From Candidatus Latescibacterota bacterium (GTDB lineage Bacteria; Latescibacterota; UBA2968), in NCBI GenBank assembly GCA_965116885.1, contig OZ220741.1:4832001-4896000 (forward strand): a stretch of 64,000 bases of DNA. The letters are read 5' to 3'. The notes under the pieces are model-generated. The model saw only the letters and a program-made list of their open reading frames with translations. It searched no databases and had not been told where the DNA came from. Positions 10,724 through 20,359 of the stretch are shown here, in pieces (position 1 is the first letter of the stretch; the number at the start of each line of letters is the position of its first letter). Made by a program: the position numbers and the translations under genes.

Positions 10724-12103
10724 ATGAAACAGGTCCTTTTGTCGCTGTGTCTCGCGCTGGCTCTCATCGCACCAATTTCAGGCGAAGATATCCCCGTTAT
10801 GGCACAGGGAGCCATCCCATTTTGGGTCGATAGAGCTGGGTTTTATGCGCCAGACAGCCTGAACTATGGCGAACTATATCTCCAATGCTTTTGCCAGCAC
10901 CTCACATTTAAAGAATCAAATGACAGCCAGCGGGCTGCCTACCGCGTCGAAGCAACCTTTTACACCGAACGCGATACCATTCCCTTCAAATGGGAAAAAC
11001 AGATTGTCACAGGCGCGGGAATAGATCTGCGCGACCAAATGATTACAGAGGCGTTGCGCTTCAGAATCGCTCCTGGCACCTACCGGGGTCGCGTTCGCCT
11101 GAAAGATTTGCAGGCCAATGCTGAAGGCACCTGTGAACTTGCCTTTACAATGCCCGAATTTGACAACGCCGCCTTGATCATAAGCGACATCCAGTTTGCC
11201 CATCGGATTGACGTCGCGAACTCACAGACCAGCAGCAGCCTGGTCAAAAATGGGTTCAAAATTATTCCCAATACGCGCAGGTCAATAGACACAATCTTAA
11301 ACATCTACTTTGAACTCTACGGCCTTGCCGAAGGCGAGGGACGGGCTGCAACTTTTGACCTCGCCTATACCCTCCTGGATACCGCGGGACAGCGGATCAA
11401 AAACTTTCCCTCAGCGCGCTACCGCAAACCCGGCACAACTGCAATTAAAACCGAATCTCTCGATCTCAAAGGTGTACCGTCAGGGCATTATGTACTGCAA
11501 ATCACTACCCGCGATAATGGTACTGGCAAAATGACCACGCGCCAGAGAACCTTTTCAATTGTAAATGTGCAAAAACCCACACTGGCAACAGACCCCGCCT
11601 CTTTAAAACGCTATTACAAACAAATCCGCTACATCGCCACAAAAGCTGAACGCGAAACCTATGCCTCCTTGAGCACCGCCGAGAAAGTGAAATTTATTCT
11701 CTCTTTCTGGAAAAAACATGACCCAACGCCTCTAACGCCCGAAAATGAATTTGCCACCGAACATTTCAGGCGCATCCGCTATGCAGACGAACGCTTCTCT
11801 GCGCGTCCAGGACAAAAGGGATCGGATACCGATCAGGGGCGCATCCACATCAAATACGGCCTGCCAACAGACATTGAGCGCAGTCCGTTTAGTGCCACCG
11901 GCAAAGCTTTTGAAATTTGGACCTACGAACACCTCAACTACTACAAGTTTGTATTTCTGGATCGCCTCGGAGATGGCGTTTATGAAATGATCCACGCCAC
12001 CATGCCAGGAGAACGCTACAACCCCAACTGGCGAGACGAACAAGCCATCGGTGACCAAACCGACCCCACATCGCTGCCATCTGAGGCATATTCTCCGCCA
12101 TAA
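10724..12103 (+). CDS. GWxTD domain-containing protein
   Basis: FWKKHDPTPLTPENE...RIRYADERF...GSDTDQGRIHIKYGLP...EIWTY. Confidence 0.85.
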   Translation: MKQVLLSLCLALALIAPISGEDIPVMAQGAIPFWVDRAGFYAPDSLNYGELYLQCFCQHLTFKESNDSQRAAYRVEATFYTERDTIPFKWEKQIVTGAGIDLRDQMITEALRFRIAPGTYRGRVRLKDLQANAEGTCELAFTMPEFDNAALIISDIQFAHRIDVANSQTSSSLVKNGFKIIPNTRRSIDTILNIYFELYGLAEGEGRAATFDLAYTLLDTAGQRIKNFPSARYRKPGTTAIKTESLDLKGVPSGHYVLQITTRDNGTGKMTTRQRTFSIVNVQKPTLATDPASLKRYYKQIRYIATKAERETYASLSTAEKVKFILSFWKKHDPTPLTPENEFATEHFRRIRYADERFSARPGQKGSDTDQGRIHIKYGLPTDIERSPFSATGKAFEIWTYEHLNYYKFVFLDRLGDGVYEMIHATMPGERYNPNWRDEQAIGDQTDPTSLPSEAYSPP

Positions 12104-12119
12104 GCAATCGATCAAACCT

Positions 12120-14105
12120 ATGGCAAAAACGCCAGTCTCTCAATACAGATCAGAATACCTGTCCAAACCCAAGACAAGTGGCGTAAGCCTTCGCGCCATT
12201 GTATTGGGTCTCGCGCTCGTTGTCCTGATCAACCTCTGGATGCCCTATTCAGAGTACATCGTGCGGGCATCGCGCATGAACCTCAGTCATTTTCCGGTCG
12301 CAGTATTCATCCTCTTTCTCCTCATACGCTACTTGCTCACCCCCCTGCTATCAGCCTGGAACCCCACCCTTCTTTTAACCCCTTCTGAACAGTTCGTCAT
12401 CATTGCAATGGGACTTGCAGGTGGTGTCGTGCCCGGATCAGGTGTACTCGGTTTTCTCTTTGGAACCATTGCTACCCCGTATTATTTTGCCACGCCAGAA
12501 AACCGCTGGGCAGACTTCTTTCACGCCCACCTTCCCACCTATTTGGTGCCGCCCAATACCAACGGCGCAATGCGCGATTTTTACGAAGGCGCACTGCCCG
12601 GCACGCCAATCCCCTGGTCTATATGGGGCGCGCCCCTTTTTTGGTGGCTTGTTTTCATCGCCGCCATTGTCTTTGTTTCGGCCTGTATTGCAGTCATCTT
12701 GCGCCGCCAGTGGTCTGAAAATGAGCGTTTGGCATTTCCTCTGTTAAGTCCGACTCTGCATATTGTTTCTCCAGAACAGACACGCGATAATCCCTTGCAG
12801 TACAGAGGTCTCTACTGGGCGGGATTCGCTCTTTCCTCTGGCATTCTCGCCTGGAATATTCTCCATTTCTTCTGGCCTATCGTGCCCGATATTAAACTGA
12901 CACTTCCCTTTTTTTATTTCTCCAAAGGTTATCCCCCCATCTTTCCCCGATTCAATATTTACGTCATGGGATTTGCCTATTTTGCCAACCTCGACGTGCT
13001 TTTCAGCATGTGGTTCTTCCATCTCCTTTTTTACCAAATCCCAGGTGGCCTCTTAAATCGCATTGGATTTGACATGTCCGGCCGCGGCGACCCCTATGGT
13101 GCGCTTCACTTTTCCGGCGCGGGCTGGTTGTGTTTTGGCGCTCTGTGTTTTTTTGTTTTTTGGGGATTGTATATCTCTCGCCATCATCTCAAAGCGGTCC
13201 TTCTCAAAGCCATCAATCCACAACACCCCATTGACGACACCCGGGAACTCTTATCTTACCGCACCGCTATTTTGGGGCTGCTTATTGGAACAATTTTTAT
13301 TTTTCTCTGGTTGTATCAATCCGGCATGGGGGTCTCAACAATCGCCTTTTACATTGTAGCCACCTTTGTCATTTACGTAGGCGTGGCGCGTGTCGTCGCG
13401 CAAACTGGCATCCTTTTTGTGCAAGCCCCAATCAGCGCACAGGTTTTCACCATTTATTCTCTTGGCGCACACGCCCTTTCGATGCCCACGATGACATCGC
13501 TCGCCCTCTCCTACGCACTCACGAACTATATTCGCGGTCTGTTTATGCCCGCATTAATCCATATCGCCAAACTATCCGAATGGATCAAAGCCGACCACCG
13601 CAAACTTTTAGGCGCGGTCTTTTTGGGATTGGTCGTCGGCTGTCTGGCGTTTATTGTATATGTCATACCCCTGGGTTATGAAAGGGGGGCTTTCAATTTT
13701 AACGACATTCCGCTCAAATCGGGTATCAATCGGATCTATCCGGTGATTCTCAGCAAAATTGTCAATCCCTTTGATCCCGACTGGCAAAGACTGGGCTTTT
13801 TTGGCGGCGGCGCGGCATTGATGGGACTGCTCACATTCTTACAATATCGCTTCCCCTGGTGGCCCCTGCATCCCATTGGCCTGACTGTTTGCAGCACCAA
13901 TGTCGCCCGCAGCAATCAGGTCTCTATTTTTATTATTTGGGCATTTAAATTGTTCGTACTGCATTTTGGCGGTGTCTCTGCTTATCGTCGTTTTCAGCCC
14001 TTCTTTATTGGCCTTCTTACCGGTTATGGCCTGGGAGTCGCGCTGTCTTTTATTGTCGATGCCCTGTGGTTTTCCGGTCAGGGACATTACGTACACAGGT
14101 GGTAA
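12120..14105 (+). CDS. Multi-pass integral membrane protein (DUF6785/DUF6784-like putative transporter)
   Basis: Many TM helices; LRRQWSENERLAFPL and FPWWPLHPIG motifs. Start moved to ATG 12120 to avoid overlap with the upstream gene. Confidence 0.7.
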   Translation: MAKTPVSQYRSEYLSKPKTSGVSLRAIVLGLALVVLINLWMPYSEYIVRASRMNLSHFPVAVFILFLLIRYLLTPLLSAWNPTLLLTPSEQFVIIAMGLAGGVVPGSGVLGFLFGTIATPYYFATPENRWADFFHAHLPTYLVPPNTNGAMRDFYEGALPGTPIPWSIWGAPLFWWLVFIAAIVFVSACIAVILRRQWSENERLAFPLLSPTLHIVSPEQTRDNPLQYRGLYWAGFALSSGILAWNILHFFWPIVPDIKLTLPFFYFSKGYPPIFPRFNIYVMGFAYFANLDVLFSMWFFHLLFYQIPGGLLNRIGFDMSGRGDPYGALHFSGAGWLCFGALCFFVFWGLYISRHHLKAVLLKAINPQHPIDDTRELLSYRTAILGLLIGTIFIFLWLYQSGMGVSTIAFYIVATFVIYVGVARVVAQTGILFVQAPISAQVFTIYSLGAHALSMPTMTSLALSYALTNYIRGLFMPALIHIAKLSEWIKADHRKLLGAVFLGLVVGCLAFIVYVIPLGYERGAFNFNDIPLKSGINRIYPVILSKIVNPFDPDWQRLGFFGGGAALMGLLTFLQYRFPWWPLHPIGLTVCSTNVARSNQVSIFIIWAFKLFVLHFGGVSAYRRFQPFFIGLLTGYGLGVALSFIVDALWFSGQGHYVHRW

Positions 14106-14135
14106 ACAAACGCGCGAAAGACAGTGCCAAATATT

Positions 14136-14164
14136 AAAAAGCCGACGTAAAAACATCGGCTTTT
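14136..14164. terminator. Bidirectional terminator between convergent operons
   Basis: AAAAAGCCGA...TCGGCTTTT inverted repeat. Confidence 0.8.
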
Positions 14165-14187
14165 CTTGAAAATCTGCCCTATCTACC

Positions 14188-14946
14188 TCAAAACGCGATC
14201 ATCAAACCCATGGGCGCAGGCTCAAAAACCACGCTATCAAACAAATTCAGAACCCAAATCGCACCGAGCACACCGATCAAGATGTTCACCCGCTTTTCAC
14301 TGGACTTAACCTCTCGATGACGCGCCTCCCACTCGGTATAGCGCGTCCCGTCCTCATTTGTATATCGCTGGTTTACATGATAAAGTATAGTCGTCTGATT
14401 GTAGTGCTCGCGGGCACTCTGAAAATCCCGATACTGCACCCCCAGCACGACAGACGTACCAACCACGGCACCGAGAAACGCATATCCCTTTTTCTTATAC
14501 CCCCGGTAAAACTGCCCCCATCCGGGAACGAACAAAGACCGCATCCCAGAAAACAAGCGTTTGGTCTTCATGCGGCGTGCCGCCTCCTCACCGTGCAACA
14601 AAGCCCACCAGAACGTGCCTGGATCTGCATTTTCAAAATAGCCCCGATCCAATCGATTATTCAGGGCAAAAGCCTCTCGAAACGCCCAATCGGCACGCAG
14701 AGAATCCCCCGTCGCAAGATAACAACAGCCCAGATCATAAAACAGACGTGCACGCGAATCCCGATTCATCGGCGTCAGCTTCGGCGAGAGTTGCGCCACA
14801 CCCGGTACAGCCAACAAATACCCTATCGCACCTCCATAATCCCCCTGTTTGTAGCGCACCTCGGCCTCTTGAACATAAGGCGGAACATCCTCTGCACCTG
14901 CAATACCAAAAGCACCGATAAGCGCTACAAAAACAAAAAATCTCAT
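14188..14946 (-). CDS. TPR-containing exported protein with DUF5683-like C-terminal region
   Basis: Signal peptide MRFFVFVAL; TPR-like YDLGCCYLATGD; RSLFVPGWGQFY motif. Start chosen after GGGAG RBS. Confidence 0.6.
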   Translation of the reverse strand: MRFFVFVALIGAFGIAGAEDVPPYVQEAEVRYKQGDYGGAIGYLLAVPGVAQLSPKLTPMNRDSRARLFYDLGCCYLATGDSLRADWAFREAFALNNRLDRGYFENADPGTFWWALLHGEEAARRMKTKRLFSGMRSLFVPGWGQFYRGYKKKGYAFLGAVVGTSVVLGVQYRDFQSAREHYNQTTILYHVNQRYTNEDGTRYTEWEARHREVKSSEKRVNILIGVLGAIWVLNLFDSVVFEPAPMGLMIAF

Positions 14947-14959
14947 CTCAATCTCCCAA

Positions 14960-16513
14960 TCAATTTGGATCGGCCTGGACAAAAGGCACCAGGAACGGAG
15001 GTGCACTCTTAAACAGAACAATATGATTTTGTGCATCCCATACATACACACCACCATCATGAGAAACAGCCAAACCCACAGGATCTAAAACCACATCATC
15101 TATAACACGCCATCGCAAGACGGGCTGTCCGTCAGCATTAAAAACCATAACTCGATCCCGAGCCAGTACAAATACAGCCCTGGGACCACTGCCAACCCAT
15201 ACGGGAAAAACACCATCGGGCAACACAACCTCTTCCCAAACAGGCTGTGACCCCATGTGGCTTGTATCCGTGCGAAACACCTCTCCCTGCGTCGTCACCA
15301 TCCAGATATCAGATCCCAAAACCGCCAGACTCTGGATCGCGCCTGCAATGCCCGTATCATAAGCCCCACGTTCAATAATGGCATTTACATTAAATGAGAA
15401 TGCCTTTAACCTCTGTCCAACACCCACCCAAATCGTGCCATCGGATGCAATCGTCATCGCAGTAGGCATTTCAGAATCCGCAACGCGCCAGGCATCGTAT
15501 TGCCAGGGAATCTCAGAGATGCTCAACTGAGTTGACCGAAACGCAGAAAACTGCACCTCTTGGGTCTCTGGCAAAATGCCGCAGAGCAATACAGTGGGAA
15601 GAACACGGATTCCATAAGAGACCGCGACAACAGAAAGAGATTCCAATCGCAACCCCGCGCGATTGGGCACGGGCAATGCGCGCGAGCTACCCTCATATCC
15701 CGTATGGTTGACCTCGCGTATGGAAATGGCATCAGATGTCGCGAGTAACGCCAGGGCGGAACTTGCAAAAGTCGTAGCGGAGGTCAAAGCCACAAATACA
15801 TTCGGTGCTTCGGCAATACTGAAATTGAGTCGCCGTTGATATGGGTATATAAACATCTCGCGACTATCGAGCACCACATCGCGATCCATCGTATTCCGCA
15901 AGCGATACGTATATTTGCGGTTGCCTTCCATAATCACATCGGTAAAACTCACAACTTCGGGATCTTCAGACTGAAAAATCACCTGCGCTGCCGCATCATC
16001 TACAGAACGCAACAACTCATAGCGGCGGGGAACACCTGCCGCCAAATGCCAGTTGACAGTCGCTGTGCCCTCTTCAGGCAAAAACTGGATCGTCTCCAAT
16101 ATCGCACCGGGAATCTGCACCGAGCCTACGGTTGCTCTTGCTGGTTTCTTTCCGGCGGTTTCTGTATGCAGGCTATAACGGTGCAATTCACCAGACTGGA
16201 TATCAAAATGCGCGATCGGCATCATTTTCCACACATCTGCACGGGGGGTCGCTTCCCGCGAAGGCGCAGGCAAATCACGCCAGGGAAATCCGCGCCAGCC
16301 ATCGCGCTCACTGCGCCAAAAACGATAGCGCGCCACAGGTTCAATACCCAGATATTCCCATTCGAGTACAACCGCATTCTGCTCCTCGTCATATCTCAGA
16401 TCAAAGGGGACCACAATCCGCGAATTGGCCGGATCAGTAGCGAGATCGCGCCGGGAATCACACCCGGCCAACAACAAAAGACACAATAAAAAATATGTGA
16501 CACTATTGCCCAT
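14960..16513 (-). CDS. Lipoprotein with FN3-like and beta-propeller-like regions
   Basis: Lipobox LLLAGC; SFTD...GNRKYTYRL FN3-like motif; PVGLAVSHDGGVYVWD NHL-like motif. Confidence 0.6.
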   Translation of the reverse strand: MGNSVTYFLLCLLLLAGCDSRRDLATDPANSRIVVPFDLRYDEEQNAVVLEWEYLGIEPVARYRFWRSERDGWRGFPWRDLPAPSREATPRADVWKMMPIAHFDIQSGELHRYSLHTETAGKKPARATVGSVQIPGAILETIQFLPEEGTATVNWHLAAGVPRRYELLRSVDDAAAQVIFQSEDPEVVSFTDVIMEGNRKYTYRLRNTMDRDVVLDSREMFIYPYQRRLNFSIAEAPNVFVALTSATTFASSALALLATSDAISIREVNHTGYEGSSRALPVPNRAGLRLESLSVVAVSYGIRVLPTVLLCGILPETQEVQFSAFRSTQLSISEIPWQYDAWRVADSEMPTAMTIASDGTIWVGVGQRLKAFSFNVNAIIERGAYDTGIAGAIQSLAVLGSDIWMVTTQGEVFRTDTSHMGSQPVWEEVVLPDGVFPVWVGSGPRAVFVLARDRVMVFNADGQPVLRWRVIDDVVLDPVGLAVSHDGGVYVWDAQNHIVLFKSAPPFLVPFVQADPN

Positions 16514-19500
16514 ATCGAAATACTATCTCCTTTGAAACACGACGCTGTGCATTTAAGTCTTCCACGACAATTTTCGCCCGGTTACGCCCCTGTTTCGCCT
16601 CGGTCAGATCGACAAACTGATAGACCTGCACGCTCGGCTGTGTATCCACCTGTTCAAACGTCATCGACACTTCGGGATTGACATCTTGCCCGGTCAACAG
16701 CATGCGCAAACCCTCTACCTGTTCCAGAGCCGCAATCTGAATCGTCACGCGATAGCGCGTCTGCCCAAACGCGTCTGCCACGAGGTTATACACCTCAAAA
16801 TACAACCCCATCTCCTGTCCAATGAGAAATGCGCGCGTAGGCAAAGGCAGCACCCGCAAATTCTCTCGGCGAAAAGAATCATCCACATCCGTCTCATCTA
16901 TCTGAGCAGCCAATACCGGATCGCTCATCTGCAATTTCGAATCGCCATAAGGTTCAACCGCAAGAACCTGCTGAAACATACCCACGCGATTGGCACTGAC
17001 ATTCTCCGCCTTCACCGTCAAATGATACGTGCCGGGCGGCACGGGCAAGGTCAACAAATCGATTAGCATAGCATTCGAATCAGATGGTGTGTCTTTTCGC
17101 ACAACCGTTCGATGCGTGCGAAATGCGCGGTTTGTAACCGAATCGTAAAGCGCCATCGCCAGCGTCAAATCGCCTCTGCCGATCTTCTCCACATCTGTCG
17201 GCAAACCATAAGCCACATCCACCTGCGTCATGAAATACCCCCCGCGCGCATCGGCCACATCAAAATAAAATTCCAACTCTCGCGTCTGCCACCACGGTCG
17301 GTATTGCTCTGACATCTCGCTCACAGCCTGCATATAAACCGTTTCCGGCGCATTTTCCTGAATTCGCGTTATAGACCGCATCCCCATTGGCTGGCGCAGC
17401 GGAATCGGTGCAAAATTGAAATGCCCCGATCCCATCTCATCTGTAAATGTAATCTCCATCCCCCCGCCAACCGTCACATACACCCACGATTCCCAGGGCA
17501 CGAGGCTATTATCTTCACCAGACGTAACCGGCAAATATCCATCGCCCCTCGTGTGAGAATCCACAGATCTTCTCCCCACCATCATGTCAAACGAATCGGC
17601 CATCATCGCGCGAGAACTCCGCACGGGAAACACCGTGCCCACAAGCGCACCCTCAGGCTGACGCGTGTACAACTGCGCGTACAACGCGTCTTTCACCCGC
17701 TGCACCGCAACACTCATCACCCCGGGTGCGCGACCAGACCGCGAGCGATAATCCGGCTCGCCATAGCGCAAATACACCTCACCGCGCCGATCCCATGGAT
17801 ACGCCGACGCGGCGAAATACTGCCGCGCCATCCACACCCGCTGATAGTGTTCTTGCAACCGCTCATTCACTTCTGTAGTCGGATCCAGATCCTTTTGCAT
17901 CCAGAACCGATCGATAAAATCTTGCTTCTCCGCATCAGAATGCGCATTATAGATCGCACGCTGTGCATCTGACAAAATAGGGGTTGGATCGACGTACAAC
18001 GCCAGCGTCTGTGCATCAATCCGCACCAAAAACCGATTCCAATACTCCGAAGCACGCTCGTAATCCCCTGCCCGATAAGCCCATTGTGCCGCAACAGGCA
18101 ACAAATCGAGCGCCTCGGGATGGCGTTTCATAAATGGCAAAATCTGTCGCGCTATCGCCTGCTGATCCTCCATACGCAACAACACAGCACCCAGCTTTGT
18201 CACCGCATCAACATCATCCGGTTCCAGAGACAAATAGTGCGTATAATACGCTGCGGCTGTTGTATTGTCCTGAGACAAAGCGTAAAAATCATCGCGCGCA
18301 AACCAGTCTCCCAACAACTGATAGGGCGCGCTATACGTCGAATCAATCGCAAGTGCCCGATACGCCATATCCACGCACTGATCCGTACCGATATCAAAAT
18401 ACACCGACGCCATCTGGTAATACAAATCTGCGCGCATCGTATCTGCCTCTATGGCGCGATAAAAATACGAAACCGCGCGCTGCCTCAGCGCGGGACGTCG
18501 CGCATAAACTCGCCCCAAGCCTTCATAAGCCAGTACTTCACTATCCTCAAAAGACTCCGCCTGCAAAAATGCCTCTTCAGCATCGCTCAGAAGCCCGCGT
18601 TCCAGCGCGACCATACCCCGATTTACCCAGCCCGGGCCATCTTGCGGTTCTGGCTGATTTGCCCAGGCATCTGTCTGAGTACCCGATTTAACCTTTGCCA
18701 GCCCCGCGACCAGATCTGCGGCAATTGTCTGCGACAAATCGTCAAACCGATCCTTGCGCCAGACGCGCCGACCATTGGCACTGCCCGCCCACAAAATACG
18801 ACCAGAAGACGTATCAATCAGCCGCAGTGCAACCCCCACAGCATTGATCGCATTGTCCTTGCCAGTAGCCATCAAACTACCGCACAAAACAGCATCTGAT
18901 CTATGCGCCAACAGCATTCGCTCAGCAGCACTCAGACGCGCACCTACCGGCTGTGACATATCCAATCCATCAAATAACCCATCACCTATCATACCCTCTC
19001 TAATCAACCGCTCATACCCGCCCACCAGTGCTTTTTGCGAAGTGTGCAAAGGTGAGAATACCGCCTGCAACGGCCATTCATCCGACCGCATCATCTTACC
19101 GTGCCGATTGGCTTCCTGAAACCCGAGTTGCGCCATCAAATTGCCCAGTGCAATCTCTCCAATATCGCGCTGGGCATAGATCCACTGCCACTCGACATCA
19201 TCTCGCGCCTTGCCCGTCCAAATGGGTTCTCCAGTATCCAGATCCACAATCCGCACATGCAATGTGCGCGTCCCGGCATCAGAAACAAATCCGATCAACG
19301 CCTGCTCTGCACGAGCCGCTGTTTTCAACAAAAACAAATCATAGTCTTTCAACGCCTGTTTTGTCTCCACCATCCCCTTCATCCTGCGCCGTGGAATCGT
19401 ATCAGGCTCCACCAGTTCAAACCAGCGTCCCTGATAGGCAGGGATATCCCGATGGCGCATCAACTCATCCACCAATCGGTCAGCCATAAAAACCCCGTAA

Positions 19501-19625
19501 TCAGGGTCTTTCTCTGCAAGTAGTGGAAACACTGCCAGACGGGGAACCGCTTCGCGCTGCGGCACATCCTCACACTGCACCGCTGAGGAAAACACGAGCA
19601 ATAATATTAAAAGTGGATATCTCAT
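16503..19625 (-). CDS. Large TPR plus GWxTD-family protein with two N-terminal CsgG-like alpha/beta domains
   Basis: RIVDLDTGEPIW and LRLIDTSSGRILW repeats; TPR helices; FWMQKDLDPTTEVNER...WDRRGEVYLRYGEP. Confidence 0.7.
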   Translation of the reverse strand: MRYPLLILLLVFSSAVQCEDVPQREAVPRLAVFPLLAEKDPDYGVFMADRLVDELMRHRDIPAYQGRWFELVEPDTIPRRRMKGMVETKQALKDYDLFLLKTAARAEQALIGFVSDAGTRTLHVRIVDLDTGEPIWTGKARDDVEWQWIYAQRDIGEIALGNLMAQLGFQEANRHGKMMRSDEWPLQAVFSPLHTSQKALVGGYERLIREGMIGDGLFDGLDMSQPVGARLSAAERMLLAHRSDAVLCGSLMATGKDNAINAVGVALRLIDTSSGRILWAGSANGRRVWRKDRFDDLSQTIAADLVAGLAKVKSGTQTDAWANQPEPQDGPGWVNRGMVALERGLLSDAEEAFLQAESFEDSEVLAYEGLGRVYARRPALRQRAVSYFYRAIEADTMRADLYYQMASVYFDIGTDQCVDMAYRALAIDSTYSAPYQLLGDWFARDDFYALSQDNTTAAAYYTHYLSLEPDDVDAVTKLGAVLLRMEDQQAIARQILPFMKRHPEALDLLPVAAQWAYRAGDYERASEYWNRFLVRIDAQTLALYVDPTPILSDAQRAIYNAHSDAEKQDFIDRFWMQKDLDPTTEVNERLQEHYQRVWMARQYFAASAYPWDRRGEVYLRYGEPDYRSRSGRAPGVMSVAVQRVKDALYAQLYTRQPEGALVGTVFPVRSSRAMMADSFDMMVGRRSVDSHTRGDGYLPVTSGEDNSLVPWESWVYVTVGGGMEITFTDEMGSGHFNFAPIPLRQPMGMRSITRIQENAPETVYMQAVSEMSEQYRPWWQTRELEFYFDVADARGGYFMTQVDVAYGLPTDVEKIGRGDLTLAMALYDSVTNRAFRTHRTVVRKDTPSDSNAMLIDLLTLPVPPGTYHLTVKAENVSANRVGMFQQVLAVEPYGDSKLQMSDPVLAAQIDETDVDDSFRRENLRVLPLPTRAFLIGQEMGLYFEVYNLVADAFGQTRYRVTIQIAALEQVEGLRMLLTGQDVNPEVSMTFEQVDTQPSVQVYQFVDLTEAKQGRNRAKIVVEDLNAQRRVSKEIVFRYGQ

Positions 19626-19666
19626 TGAAGTTCTCTCGTTCTAGTGAAGTGTTTATGGTTTGGACA

Positions 19667-20359
19667 TCAATTATTAATCGCCTGTCGCGTCGCTTCCAGG
19701 AGCGTTTCGTATCTTTGAGGACCACCGCGCAATACGCGGACAATCTCACCTTTGGCATCAATAAAAAAGGACCTGGGAATACCAGTGTTCTCATACGCAT
19801 TGTTCACTTCTCCCGCCGCGTCGAGAACAAAAGTCCAGGTATAGCCATATCTTGTGACAAAACGCAGCACCAGGCTGCGCGATTCTTGCAGGTCAATACC
19901 GACGATCTGGATGGCGTCGCCCATAGTATCTTGCAACTTTTGCATGTCGGGCATTTCAGCAATACAAGGACCGCACCAGGTTGCCCAGAAGTTGAGAAAC
20001 ACGGGTTTGCCGCGCTGTTCATAGAGATTGAACGCTTCGCCAGTGAGGGTTCTCAGCGTAAAGTCAGGAGCTTGCATCCCAACTTCAATGCCAACGGGAG
20101 CGTCGGTGGTTGGCGGAGGGGTTGGCGCGGTGGTTGTCTGCCCGTAGAATTGGGCAAAAATGACAAAGTCCCGAAAATTGACTGCGCCATCCCCATTTAA
20201 ATCAAACTGGGTCTGGGTTGTCCCATAGCCCTGTGAAAATGCGATAAAATCGGCAAAGTCCACTTTGCCGCTGTTGTTGAAATCACAATCTGCTACGGTT
20301 GGTGCTGCGTGTACATAGGCAGGTAGGAGCAGGAAAATCAATGTCATGATATACTTCAT
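19667..20359 (-). CDS. Dockerin-like (paired EF-hand) domain fused to TlpA-family thioredoxin
   Basis: DFNNSGKVDFADF / DLNGDGAVNFRDF pair; FLNFWATWCGPC...GIPRSFFID. Confidence 0.85.
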   Translation of the reverse strand: MKYIMTLIFLLLPAYVHAAPTVADCDFNNSGKVDFADFIAFSQGYGTTQTQFDLNGDGAVNFRDFVIFAQFYGQTTTAPTPPPTTDAPVGIEVGMQAPDFTLRTLTGEAFNLYEQRGKPVFLNFWATWCGPCIAEMPDMQKLQDTMGDAIQIVGIDLQESRSLVLRFVTRYGYTWTFVLDAAGEVNNAYENTGIPRSFFIDAKGEIVRVLRGGPQRYETLLEATRQAINN

